From assembly GCA_964106915.2 (NCBI GenBank), contig OZ066920.1: a stretch of DNA of 64,000 bases; one strand, written 5' to 3'. The notes beneath the pieces were generated by a model. That model made no database searches. It was not told the DNA's origin and saw only the letters and a program-made list of their open reading frames with translations. Positions 13,058-25,622 of this stretch are shown piece by piece. Every line of letters starts with the position of its first letter. Position 1 is the first letter of the stretch. This DNA comes from Podarcis gaigeae. Taxonomy: Eukaryota. The translations under genes and the position numbers were made by a program.

Positions 13058-13164
13058 GGAGTTTTTTCCAGCTTGAGGGCCACATTCCCTTTTTGACAAC
13101 CTTCTGAGGGCCACCTGGAAAAAGTGGGCAAAGCAACAAATGTAAATTCTACCTTTGTACAGTA

Positions 13165-13540
13165 AAAAGGTAAAGGTCCCCTGGATGGTTAAGTCCAGTC
13201 AAAGGCGACTATGGGGTTACAGCGCTCATCTCGCTTTACTGAGGGAGCCAGCGTTTCTCCACAGACAGCTTTCTGGGTCATGCGGCCAGCAGGACTAAAC
13301 CACTTCCAGTGCAACGAAACACCGTGACGAAAACCAGAGTGCATAGAAATGCCATTTACTTCCCCGCCGCAGTGGTACTTATTTATCTACTTGCACTGGC
13401 GTGCTTTCAAGCTGGTAGGTTGGCAGGAGCTGGGACAGAGCAATGGGAGTTCACTCCGTTGCGGGGATTCGAACCACCGACCTTCTGATCGACAAGCCCA
13501 AGAGGCTCAGTGGTTTAGACGACGGTGCCACCCACGTCCC
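13165..13540 (-). mobile_element. Sauria SINE
   Basis: Antisense copy with a 12-bp TSD ctttgtacagta at 13153-13164 and 13540-13551. Confidence 0.9.
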
Positions 13541-14780
13541 TTTGTACAGTAGGAGAGTATCTGCAGACACATTCACCCAGGAAGAATACACTTGAGGTAC
13601 GAAGCAAGGCCCAGTGAGGGGTGTGGCCTGCAGAAAGGAGGTGTGGCCTGGTGGAGAGAGCCATACAGAGAGGCTTGGAGGGCATCTGGCTGGAACCAAT
13701 GGGAAGGTCCCCCAACCCGAGTCCCTGCCAATCAAAACAGACAATACCATGCAAGATGGATCAATAGTCTGAGCAGTTTCCTATTCCAGCCTTTGTAGTA
13801 ATTAAAAAAGCTTTCTGATGGAAGGCAATAGCGGGAGCAGATCAATAAGATTGGAAAACGAAGGCTATATCACATTAGTACCAACACTCTTAAAAACTAT
13901 TAACAGTGGAGGGAAGTGAGATTTCCATCTCCCTGTTACCAAAAAGGACCAATGCGGCAGCAAGCAAAAGCTTTAGCAGCTTCGTCAGCTGCAGGTGGCT
14001 GGAAAGCCAGACAGGATGTTTGTGACTGTTGCCATGGGAAGAAAGGGGCAGTCCATTCTGTACTGAGCACCGGATGTTAGCTCAGTGTGTGTCATATGAC
14101 CCGTACTGGAAGTACATGGGTGGAGTTTATTCTCTCTGCTGTTGAGTGCAGACATGTTTCTCTGTACTGCTGTAAGAGACAGAAATAAAAGCATGTAGAT
14201 ATATTTCTGTCTGCTTCTTTCCCCTCCCTGGGGATACCAAAGGGGAGAGAGAAGGAATGGTGTGTTCTTCTCACATCTGGGAAGGATCGCCGATTACAGA
14301 CCTCGCCTGTTTTCCTGCCGGGAGTCGCAGCGGGGAGGTCAACAAGGAATTCAGCCAGTGCCTGCAGCGATGGCACATTCCTCTGACCGAGGTAGAATTC
14401 CAACACTCCCAAGGAGGATAAGCTTGTCAGCCCTCCAGGTGTGGCTGGACTACGGATCCCATCATCCCTGACCATTGGCCATGCTGAGGTGCAGGGGCAT
14501 AGCTAGGCATTGGGGAGGTTGGTCTCTGTCAAGGCACAAAAAACATAACTTTCCACTCTGGCTTGGAGTGGCTAAGAGCCCACCTACATGCTTCCTGGGC
14601 CATTCCTCTGCTGTGTGGGTGTGTGGGCACCCATACATCTCCTTGCTAGGGGCGCAAGGGACAGGGGGCTGCTGATACAAGGGAGCAACAGGGCCTGGGT
14701 ATGCATCTGGAGAGGTGGAGCTGATGGGAGTTGGAGTTTGGCAACATCTGGAGAACATTGTGTTGGGTATCGGCTGCCTT

Positions 14781-15022
14781 AAGAAGAAGAAGAGTTTGGA
14801 TTTGATATCCCGCTTTATCACTCCCTGAAGGAGTCTCAAAGCGGCTAACATTCTCCTTTCCCTTCCTCCCCCACAACAAACACTCTGTGAGGTGAGTGAG
14901 GCTGAGAGACTTCAGAGAAGTGTGACTGGCCCAAGGTCACCCAGCAGCTGCATGTGGAGGAGCGGAGACGCGAACCCGGTTCCCCAGATTACGAGTCTAT
15001 CGCTCTTAACCAATACACCACA
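14781..15022 (-). mobile_element. tRNA-derived SINE (Squam3-like)
   Basis: Antisense head gtggtgtattggttaagagcg...ccgggttcgcgtctcc and a (CTT)n tail. Confidence 0.75.
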
Positions 15023-15138
15023 GGCAACTGTTCTTCTGTCTCACCAGTTCCCCATACTTTGGAGCAAGCAAAAGCTGGAGCTGGAATAAACTGATGCCCT
15101 TGCAGGACAGTGTGGAAGTCATCCAGGAATGGGCTGGG

Positions 15139-15795
15139 TATCCAACACTGGCAAAAATGTATAAATCTAAATCAAACAAGTGTTGTAAAAGTAAAGAGAA
15201 AGAAGGTTCTTCTTATCATATGTGGTGGCCTTGTAGTAAGGTTAAAGCTTATTGGGAAATGATATATAATGAATTGAAAAGGATGTTCAAAATAAGCTTT
15301 GTAAAAAAACAAAACCTCCAAACCAGAAGCTTTTCTTTTGGGAATTATAGGGACAGAACTACCGAACTGTATAGAAATTTATTTATGTATTCTACTACAT
15401 CAGCAAGAATGCTACTCACCCCAAAATGGAAAGAAGCAGAAGTCCCAGCAAAGGAGGAATGGATACAAAAACTTATATGCAGAAATGGCGAAACTTACCG
15501 GAAGAACAAAAAATCAAGATAACAAACTTGGAAATGGTTTATTGAATATTTACAGATAAATTGCAAACAGATTAAAAACATAGGCAGGATTATTGTAATA
15601 GCCTGCAGTTTCATAAGAGTATATATTTAAGGTAGATAATTAAATGAATTTGGATATGCAGAAGATATTTAAAAATATATAGAAGGAACCGCAGAAAGAG
15701 GGGGAAGGAAGTCAAACTTTGAAATGTTAAAATGATTGTAAAATTAACGAAATGTATAAATTTGAAAAGTCTAAATAAAAACTTTTTTTAAAAAA
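15139..15795 (+). mobile_element. L1 LINE 3' end, 5'-truncated
   Basis: ORF2 C-terminal cysteine-rich motif C..C...EGSSYHMWWPCSKVKAYW, AATAAA and an A tail. TSD aggaatgggc(c)tggg at 15125-15138 and 15796-15810. Confidence 0.85.
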
Positions 15796-16250
15796 AGGAA
15801 TGGGCCTGGGGCAGAGTTACCTGCTGGGTCCCAATGAATATACGTCTTCCCTGCCTTCTCTAGAGATGTCCCCTAACCGTGACGCCCCTTTGCTGCCAGA
15901 TGAGCATTCTTCTGCTGACTCTGCACATCTTGCTGAACCCAATGCTGCCTTAGCTCCTGGGTGGATGGGTGGGTGTGAAAGAAAGGAGTCTGAAATCAAG
16001 GCAGGGTCCAAGTGCAAGGACCTTGCATCTGGGTCATTTGGGCTGCTCTACTTTGACAACAGGTTCTGTGGGATCCTGAGTTCTGTTGGAGGTCTACACA
16101 TAAGCCCCACTCGCAGCTCTTCCCCCTCTCATCCCCATAGATTTTCATCTGCCTTAAATTGCTTGCTTCCAGCTGTAGGTTTCATTTAATTTCATTTTTA
16201 ATTTGTACACCACTTTTCTATATTACTACAGTAGTACCTCCATTCCTAGA

Positions 16251-16510
16251 GGGATGCGGGTGGCGCTGTGGGTTAAACCACAGAGCCTAGGACTTGCCAA
16301 TCAGAAGGTGGGCGGTTCAAATCCCCGTGACGGGGTAAGCTCCTGTTGCTCGGTCCCAGCTCCTGCCCACCTAGCAGTTCGAAAGCACGTCAAAGTGCAA
16401 TTAGATAAATAGGTACCACTCCGGCAGGAAGGTAAACGGTGTTTCCGTGCGCTGCTCTGGTTCGCCAAAATTGGCTTAGTCATGCTAATGGTCAGGGGTC
16501 CCTTTACCTT
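16251..16510 (+). mobile_element. Sauria SINE, internally deleted or chimeric
   Basis: Lacks about 100 nt between gtcatgct and aatggtcagggg relative to the 7162 copy, and has no matching TSD. Confidence 0.88.
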
Positions 16511-16561
16511 ACTATGGACTCCAGCTTGGGGCCACTGTAAACGGTGGGTGACTGTCAGCAT

Positions 16562-16775
16562 GGGAGAGCCAGTGTGGGGTAGTGGTTAGAGTGTAATGTA
16601 GGACTAGTGCTTGGGAGCCTTGGGTTCAAATCCCCACTCTCCCATGAACCTCACTTGGTAACCTTGGGACAGCTACACTCTCTCAGCTTCACCTAGCTCA
16701 GAGGTTCATTGTAACCACATAAACCACCTTGAGCTCCTTGGAAAAAAGCTGAGATGTAAACGTAATAACTATTAT
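16562..16775 (+). mobile_element. Older tRNA-derived SINE
   Basis: A box tggggtagtgg, B box gggttcaaatccc, CORE-like accttggg..agctac..ctctctcagc. Confidence 0.65.
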
Positions 16776-16789
16776 TATTTTGGGGAAAA

Positions 16790-17184
16790 TATTTTTTATT
16801 TGATTTTACAAGTATAAAATAGTAACAACACAAAATGCATATCCATATTTGGAGATTTCTCCAAATCTCTAGACTTCCCACGTTCCCCTCCGTGGGTCCT
16901 ATTATCAACCTTTTCAGCTGCATATGATTTCATCATCCAAATTTTATGTCTCTCCGTTTTGTCCATAATATTATCTGCCTTACAAGTGTTATTGCAATCC
17001 TGCTAATGCTTTCATCTGCTTACAGTGGTCTCTCAAGTAAATTATAACACACACACACACACCATTCTTTATTAAAGTTTTGGCCTTCTTGGTTCCTGAG
17101 CTTTCCGGTCAGTTTTGCCATTTCAGCATAATCCAACAGCTTATTTTACCATTCTTCTCTGGTAGGGACATTGTCTTCTTTCCT
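16790..17184 (-). mobile_element. L1 LINE 3' end
   Basis: Antisense translation KEDNVPTREEW*NKLLDYAEMAKLTGKLRNQE, homologous to 15430-15520. Confidence 0.8.
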
Positions 17185-17197
17185 TAAACGTAATAAC

Positions 17198-17247
<50 letters not shown>
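17198..17247. repeat. (GTT)n microsatellite
   Basis: Direct observation. Confidence 0.95.
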
Positions 17248-17248
<1 letters not shown>

Positions 17249-17439
17249 ACCCCACCCAACTTTCAGCTCCCGGGGCCCAAATTAAAGGGCAGTAATCTAA
17301 TGTGATTGGATAAACACATCCTTTTAACTGGATTTTTCTTGCGATTAAATATGTTTCAGAAGGTTTCCCCACCCTTCTTGCAAGCCTTTGGCCTGCTCTC
17401 TATTAGAATTTTGTTACTTTCTGGAATACATTCTTTGTA

Positions 17440-17490
<51 letters not shown>

Positions 17491-18408
17491 CTATGATCCA
17501 TTACTCTTTGGAATTGCGTGTTTTTGAATCCCCCCCCCCCATCATATTACATTGCTTTTAATCTTCCCGGTGTTAGCTATCTTGCTCTGTTTTTAAGAAT
17601 GGAAAAGTAAATGGGTTTAATAAATAAAATAAAATAACTTGTTAATGGAACTGTAATTTTCTGAAAGAATAAGCACCGATTCCTAGCGCTGGCGTGCTTC
17701 CTAGAAAGAACGGGATGGCGTTTTACACAATCTAACACCTTATAAAACCCAACCGTCTTGCTTGGTGGATACCAAAAACTCTCTAGCAGCCATTTGGAGC
17801 AGCTGCAGTCAAGATTGAGCGCATGGTGAGATTCAAAGACAAGGCAGAAACAACCCGAGCCACCTTTCAAATCAGATCCGTATGAAGATGTTTCTGACAA
17901 GGAGGAAGATGCTTTCAAGTGAGATGCTGCTAGCTAGAATGCCAGATCCCCCTGGCAGCAGATCTCAGAGCACAGAAGCTTTCTGCTTTGGTGGACAAGC
18001 TGTGGTCAAGGCTGGCAATGCATAACTTTCCCCAGACCACGACTTTAGGAACAGCAGAAGCAGCTGGGAAGAGACGAGTTCAGGGATATGTTGTTTTTTT
18101 TAAAAAAAGTATAAGTTGTGTGTCTTTGCTTCTTTGTGTTATTTTATGCAATCTGACTTGCTGTTATTTTTATTGATTATAGTTTTATTGATTATACAAT
18201 TATTTATTGTAATTGTTAAGAGTGAATTTCTGTTTATTCTTTGCTGGTATTTAATTTTATTGGGTATTGTTATGTTCTAATGGCTTATCGAACATTATTT
18301 GTTCATTTCAAAGTTATGTCTTTATGATGACATTTTTGCATTGGATTAGATTGTTGTAAGGTTTACTACTTTTGCTGTTTCTTCAGCTTGTAAACTGCCT
18401 TGAGTATA

Positions 18409-18594
18409 CAGTCATACCTCGGGTTAAAGTCGCTTCAGGTTGAGCGTTTTCAGGTTACTCTCCGCGGCGACCCAGAAGTAACGGAACACGTTACTTCCGG
18501 TTTTCACCGCTCGAGCATGCGCAGATGCTCAAAATGACGTCATGCGCAGAAGTGGCAAATTGTGATCTGTGCACGTGCAGATGCAGGTTGTGTT
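18409..18594 (+). mobile_element. Tc1/mariner-type MITE, left part only
   Basis: TA|cagtcatacctcgggtt TIR and CpG-rich body homologous to 23281-23432; truncated abruptly near 18594. Confidence 0.8.
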
Positions 18595-18656
18595 CTGGCT
18601 CTCCCATGCTGATAGTCACCCACCGTTTACAGTGGCCCCAAGCTGGAGTTCATAGT

Positions 18657-18985
18657 AAGGTAAAGGGACCCCTGACCCTTAGGTCCAGTCGTGGACTACT
18701 CTGGGGTTGCAGCGCTCATCTCGCTTTACTGGCCGAGGGAGCCGGCATACAGCTTCCGGGTCATGTGGCCAGCATTACTAAGCCACTTCTGGCGAACCAG
18801 AGCAGCACACAGAAACACCGTACCTATTTAGCTACTTGCACTTTGAGGTGCTTTCGAACTGCTAGGTTGGCAGGAGCAGGGACCGAGCAATAGGAGCTCA
18901 CCCCGTCACGGGGATTCGAGCCACCGACCTTCTGATCGACAAGTCCTAGGCTCTGTGGTTTAACCCACAGCGCGACCTGTGTCCC
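18657..18985 (-). mobile_element. Sauria SINE
   Basis: Antisense copy with TSD ggagt(t/c)catagta at 18645-18657 and 18987-18999. Confidence 0.9.
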
Positions 18986-21900
18986 AGGAGTCCATAGTAG
19001 AAGGGGGCTAAAAGAGAATAGAAACTGGAAGCAAAATAATCTAAGTATATGAAACACAAGAGGACAGGAATAGCAGCCTAGGATTTATTTGCAGAACTCA
19101 GAAGAAGTGGTTAAGTTCCAACGTTAAAAAGGGCAGGGCTAGATGGGATTAAGATGTTTGTAAGTGGCCTTGAAAAGAAATCTTTATATACTGTCCAAAA
19201 ACAACAGTTCCCTGGGCAATTACAAATAAAAAGGCCACAGAATACACTCTGAAAATAAAATCTGAAACAGAATTAAAAAGGGGGTGGAGGAATCCAGTAG
19301 GATGGAATGACATCAGTACTAAAGAGCTAAAAATATTTCTAATTGAGAACACCGGGAAAAGAAAAAAGACCTTCATCTAGGGCTGAAAATACCATAATGC
19401 AGGCACTAGACGAGCCTCTCCAAGGAAGGCATTCCTTTTCTGTGGTGCCAACACTGAAAAGACCCTTTCTGCTGTATCCATCCAACTCTCCTCATTTGGC
19501 AGGGGTACCCGAAGAAGTGTATCAGAAGTCTGGATGAGTGTACTGTACATGGTTGGTGGTGATCTTTTCGCTAAACCACAAACGGGGTCAATGGGGTGCC
19601 CTCCAAATTCTACATGTACTGTTTTATATGTTATAGTTTATGTTTTTGTACCAGTTACAATAATAATAATAATACTATTATATTGAAACTGACAAAATAA
19701 TGAATAAAAAAAATCAACAGGAATATTTTTTAAACGTGTAACTATCATGAAATGTAGCAGAGTGAGAAATTTAACTAAGACAACAAAACTGTACAGAGCA
19801 AACATTTCTAGGCAAAGGGTGACATCCAATGTTGTGCAAGGGGACGTCTGCTTGTGCAACAGAGGTTCCAACTTCCTTGCCTCCCCCTACATTTCCCCCA
19901 AATTTTCTCCAAAGGTCCCTCAATGCCCAGAGGTGCCCAGGGGGAAGAAAGGAGAAGTCAATATTTTGTGAAGTTCGCTCTGTTGGCAGAGGGGGCCTGT
20001 GTTGGATGTCACACCAAAAGTTGAAGTAGATCTAGAACAAAATAATAATACTGAAATCACTTGTTCTTGGGTGAATTTACAAGAAAACAGAAAGAAATGA
20101 AACTTTTCCTTCCACTTTCTCCTAAAGCAAGAGTGTCGGACTCAAATGGCCTGGAGGAACAAAAACCAAAAAAAAAAAAAAAAACACCCAACGGTGGATG
20201 ATTTTCACAAAGCACATTGATTTAGGATCATGTTGTCTGTGCCCTTGATGGTACACTGAATACTCCTTAAAAACGAAGAAGTGGGCATTCAAAGTGGAAA
20301 TAACACATCCTTCATGGGGAAAGCATGACAGACAGTTAACTTATTTATTTCTATTTAACACACTACAGGCTTTCTGATTTTACGGCATTACATGTTTTGA
20401 ACCTTTTAGTAAACTGGAGGTTTCTCATTTCAGTCTAACTGCTGTTAATTTGTTCCAAATGTTAACGTCGCAAATAAGGTCTGGTTACCATCTCGGCATT
20501 GAGTCGATAATAGGAACAGAGCTGATCAGCATCTGGTTTAGTTCAGAGTACAACACACCGCCTAATACTGCAAAATTTGGATTGGAAGATCCTGGCTGTT
20601 TCACGACCACCAAAAAAAAAAACCCTCCAGAAAAAAACCCTGAACAGCACTCACATACAGTCATGTGTCATTATTTATTGCTTGATAGGTTTGCTAAATA
20701 TGGAATATCACATTACTAATTTTGCCAAATTCCACAATACATAAACAGGCCAAAACCTCTTAACATAAATTATGGCAGAGCTGCCTTAATGATAATTTTT
20801 AAAATCCATGGCGCTTGCTTTCCGGAGTTGGAAAACCATTTATTTATTTTTTTTAAGCACTCTAAGAAACATTTTTTTAAAAAGTTTCTAAATTCATTCT
20901 TTCTCTACTATAGGCAACTCCCATCAGAGATGCATGAAAAAAATGTTGGGCACTGCCACTTTGTGAATAAACATGAAAATGGGCTTAACCATGAATCCAA
21001 ATATAATCTGCAAATCGGCTCCTCCACCCGAAGTGAAATGTACTGTAAGAATGTAAGAACTGTTCTGCCTCACGTAGTTCTCTTTTTTGAGAAGTTCCTC
21101 AATATCTTCCTCACTGGTCTGTCATTTGTTGTATTTTTCAAGGTTGCGGTGATCAAACCAAATGAAACTATGATGCCAACTGCTTGCGGTTGTTATGAAT
21201 GGATCTCCATTTCCCCATTCCATCTACATTTCACAGCATTTCACACTGAATTCTTAATTGGGTTTTGACCCATGTAGAAAATATGTACAGGTTTGGAGTT
21301 TATGGCATTTACGGCTGTCTTCCCTGTTGGTGGCGTTGAGAGTTACCCTCTTAAGTTTGTTTTTTATATCATGCTCCTGCAAACCTTGGGGTTTGCCCAA
21401 GTCTGCTAATGCTTTCCTCTTCTCAGTAGCCCAGTTTGACTCCAATTCTGTTGGCACTCGCCACCAGAATTCAGTAAAACGAGGAGTTATTATACACATA
21501 TACTGTCGCTGTGTGCCTGGCACAAGCGTATCCGATCATCCTCTTGTGCTGCTAAGCTAACCATGCAGAGATCTTGCCACAACTGCATGATTTTCAAAGT
21601 CTACACTCAAAAGAGAAACATTCCCAGGCTGCCAGCGACAGTTTCATTCATCATGCCTATCTTTAGCAGAACAAGGAGAAAATGCAAAAGCAGCTTGTCA
21701 GACACATGTATTGTCAGGCCCAATTAACAAAACAAACACAAGCAAGGCCTGATTGCTACAACTTACATTTGGAGAGCAGCTCTGTCCTTTTTTTAAAAAA
21801 AAAATATGTTCCTAGAATTGTTCCATCAGTCTGGCTACAGCTGTAGCATCCAAGCACTAAAGCTCTTTACTCAAAAATAAATAAATCCAATACTATTAAT

Positions 21901-22810
21901 GGCTAATCCCTTCATTCCATCGGTAAATCTTAGCCAGCAGGAAATCTGCCCTTGTGTATAGGGAGTGCAGGCAACTCTTCCAGTGGCTACAATACTTTTT
22001 TAAAAAAACTTGGATTTTATTCTTATCCAACAAGGGTGAAGCAATAAGGGCTGCAATTGTTATTCTGCCATTGCAATGTGTATTTATCTCTAGTGACTCC
22101 TGTCAGGTACATGTTCTGCATGGAATCCGAGTGTGGAATTGTACTGAAGTTGTTAGCTTGCAGATTGTGGCCTGCAGGCCTCATGACTGTGAAGTCTTCC
22201 CTTGCAGTTATGTCCTGTCCTCAAGGCACACTTGAGTGCTCATGTTTGGTGTTCTTGGATGCAAGTAGCAAGCAAGCGAGGCCTTCTTGCCAGGAAATCA
22301 AATTTAATTAGCTTTTATCCATCCACCCCTTGTAAAATGTCTGAAACCCAAGTATCGCTGAAATGCAATGCGTAGCAAATACGAATGCTGTCACAACTGA
22401 ACATCTGCCAAGAAGAGAACTCTTCGCTAACTGAGCTCACCGTAGCAAAAGGGACGATTCGGAGAAAATGAAGCTGCAAATAAAAAAATGAAGGTACACC
22501 GCATAAACCTAACTCATCCTGGGTGCATCAAAATAGTATTCCATGACTGAATTTAACTTCTCCATCTGTTCTATCCTTGCCTAAGGAGATCTACAATATT
22601 TCGACTCTTTTAATATATGAAGGCTGAAGTTACTTCAAGCTATTGTGAGTAGCACTACAAGTCCCATGAATAAACATGACTTCCTTCTGACACGTAGGAC
22701 TGGGCTGTCATTACCCATTGGCTTAGCCTAGGCCCCACAAAGGCATTTTAAAATATATTTTGAGTGACCAAGGGTGGGGTGGGGGAGAGGAGACTGCAAG
22801 AGGGACACTA

Positions 22811-23024
22811 CAGTGGTACCTCGAGTTAAGAACTTAATTTGTTCTGGAGTTCGTTCTTAATCTGAAACTGTTCTTAACCTGAGGTACCACTTTAGCTAAT
22901 GGGGCCTCCCGCTGCCGCCACACGATTTCTGTTCTCATCCTGAGGTAAAGTTCTTAACCCGAAGTACTATTTCTGGTTTAGCGGAGTCTGTAGTCTGAAG
23001 CATCTGTAACCCGAGGTACCACTG
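22811..23024. mobile_element. Tc1/mariner-type MITE
   Basis: TA|cagtggtacctcg...cgaggtaccactg|TA; same family as 38229-38470. Confidence 0.9.
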
Positions 23025-23248
23025 TACTCTCTTCTTTTTAACTCGTTTTCCCAAATTTTCCACTTCCATTTGGTTTAAACAATGAGACTGGGGTTTTGCT
23101 CCTTCTTCTTCAACTGTTTTAACAAGGCTGTAGCTATAAATCCACCAGCAAACTTTGTAATTATTGCCGCCGCTGTCATTCTAGGTTGCGTTTCTTGTTT
23201 TCAGTTCATTGAAAACTGCCCTGCAACTGAGCAGACAATACATACGTA

Positions 23249-24024
23249 CCGTATTTTTCCGTTTAAGATGCCACCACGTACAGTCATACCTTGGGTTAAA
23301 TACGCTTCAAGTCGAGCGCGTTAAGGTTGCGCTCCTCGGCAACCCGGAAGTAACGGAGCGCGTTAGTTCCGGGTTTCGCTGCTTGTGCATGCGCAGACGC
23401 TCAAAATGACGTCACGCGCATGTGCAGAAGCAGTGAATAATAATATTATTATTATTTGTACCCCGCCCATCTGGCTGGGTTTCCCTAGCCACTCTGGGCG
23501 GCTTCCAACGAAGTTGAAAGATACACTAAAATGTCACATATTAAAAACTTCCCTGAACAGGGCTGCCTTCAGATGTCTTCTGAATGTCAGGTAGATGTTT
23601 ATCGCTTTGACATCTGATGGGAGGGCGTTCCACAGGGCGGGCGCCACTACCGAGAATGCCCTCTGCCTGGTTCCCTGTAACTTGGCCTCTCGTAGTGAGG
23701 GAACCGCCAGAAGGCCCTCGGGGCTGGGCCTCAATGTCCGGGCAGAACGATGGAGGAGGAGACGCTCCTTCAGATATACTGGACCGAGGCCGTTTAGGAC
23801 TTTAAAGGTCAGCACCAACACTTTGAATTGTGCTCGGAAACGTACTGGGAGCCAATGTAGGTCTTTCAAGACTGGTGTTATATGGTCTTGGCGGCCGCGA
23901 AAAGCGACGTGCACATGCGCAGACGTACCATTGCTAGTTATGTTTACCTCTAGATGCAAACGGGGCTTAAAACTTAAAAAATATGGGGGGGGGGGAATAT
24001 AGTCTTATACACAGAAAAACACAG
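23249..24024. mobile_element. Nested TE cluster: outer mariner-like MITE > inner MITE > L2
   Basis: Outer TIRs ta|ccgtatttttcc...gaaaaacacag|ta; inner cagtcatacc MITE from 23281; L2 at 23436-23895. Confidence 0.7.
23436..23895 (-). mobile_element. Young L2 LINE 3' end
   Basis: DHITPVLKDLHWLPVRFRAQFKVLVLTFKVLNGLGPVYLKERL...RAFSVVAPALWNALP; open frame and CpG-rich. Confidence 0.92.
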
Positions 24025-24912
24025 TATTTCAAGTAAATAAATAAAATTTGAGCTTTGGGGATTAATGGGTAATCCCAGGATCCAGTTTCATACTTCTTTT
24101 ATTCAATTTAAAATTTGGAGTTTTGAGCAGCTTTTTTAATTTATTTTTTTAAAGTTGCATAATGCAACCTTCCCCATCCTCGTGCCCTCCAGATGTTCTT
24201 GGCTATGGTTCCCTTCATCCCTGACAATTGGTCACAGAGCTATAGTCCCAAAACACCCAGAAGTAAGTTGGGAAACACTAGCATGGCACAACGGATTGGA
24301 TCAGGCAGTGGAAGCACTGAAAACTCACTGGGAGGTAAAACCACCAGCATCCCAACTACATTATTAAAGCTAATTACATTACCTGTGAGCATATGCAAGG
24401 AATCCTTCCAACAGCTATTCTACTTATTTAACGTTCCCCACTCTGGGTGGCTTATATAACATTTAAAAACGTTGCATTACAAACAGAAAGCTCGGGAGCT
24501 TTGAAAATTAGTAGTTTTACAAATGTAAATTGGAATTTATTTTTAAAAAGCACACACCCAGCATTTATGCACTTCCATCCCCTAGATGGAGCACTCTCCC
24601 AATGCATTTGCAGCAAAGTTGACTACAGCTTTTCCAGCAACATAGCTCAAATGCAACAGTAGTAAGTGAATGTCACTCTCAAGCATCATTTTTAGCTTGC
24701 CAGTCCAAACTACCCATGCTCAAAGAAGAAAACAAGTAATGGAGAAGGGCAAGTATTCAATTTTAATAGTGTGAGAGGCCAGAGGGTGAGCACAGTTCCC
24801 TTCCCCAACTTTTGTCTCCCAAGTACTTTTCTCCTAAGCAAAGTGCCAATAGTGGTAGCAATCTCAGGGCAAGAGGTCCTGCACCCCTTTTGCTGATAAG
24901 TAAGGCTCACTA

Positions 24913-25277
24913 GGGATGTGGGTGGCGCTGTGGTCTAAACCACTGAGCCTAGGGCTTGCCAATCGAAAGGTCAGCGGTTCGAATCCCCGCGACGGGGTGA
25001 GCTCCCGTTGCTCGGTCCCTGCTCCTGCCCACCTAGCAGATCGAAAGCACATCAAAGTGCAAGTACATAAATAGGTACCACTCCAGCGGGAAGGTAAACG
25101 GCGTTTCTATGCGCTGCTCTGGTTCGCCAGAAGTGGCTTAGTCATGCTGGCCACATGACCTGGAAGCTGTCTGCGGACAAACGCTGACTCCCTCGGCCTA
25201 CAGAGCGAGATGAGCGCGCAACCCCAGAGTAGTCCATGACTGAAACCTAACGGTCAGGGGTACCTTTACCTTTACCT
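24913..25277 (+). mobile_element. Sauria SINE, full length
   Basis: TSD taaggctcacta at 24901-24912 and 25423-25434; the second copy is displaced by a MITE. Confidence 0.92.
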
Positions 25278-25281
25278 AAAG

Positions 25282-25419
25282 CAGCCTCTCTCAACCTGTG
25301 GGTCCCCCATATGTTGCTGAACTACAACTCCCATCACCTCTAGCTAGCAAGGCCAGAGCTCAGGATGATGGGAGTTGTAGTCCAACAGCATCTGAGAACG
25401 CACAGGCTGAGAACCATTG
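25282..25419. mobile_element. Palindromic hAT-like MITE
   Basis: Fold-back structure with an 8-bp TSD acctaaag / acctaagg. Confidence 0.8.
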
Positions 25420-25541
25420 ACCTAAGGCTCACTACCTACTTCACTTTAGGTATGGTTCAGAGTAGAACCATTTAAATTAATGTATGGTAGTCATGGCGAT
25501 TTCAGTGGATTTACTCAGAGTCCAACTCAGTCAACATTTCT

Positions 25542-25622
25542 TAATAATAATAATAATAATAATAATGGATTATTATTATTATTATTATTATTGCTGTTGT
25601 TGTTGTTGTTATTATTATTGTC
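25542..25622. repeat. Compound microsatellite (AAT)n-(ATT)n-(GTT)n
   Basis: Direct observation. Confidence 0.93.

Noticed and set aside
20789-22311. Cluster of 80-159 aa ORFs as a possible TMEM74 or novel gene
   Set aside because: No resemblance to TMEM74 or any protein I recognise; Cys/Phe-rich composition and overlapping frames are typical of chance ORFs.
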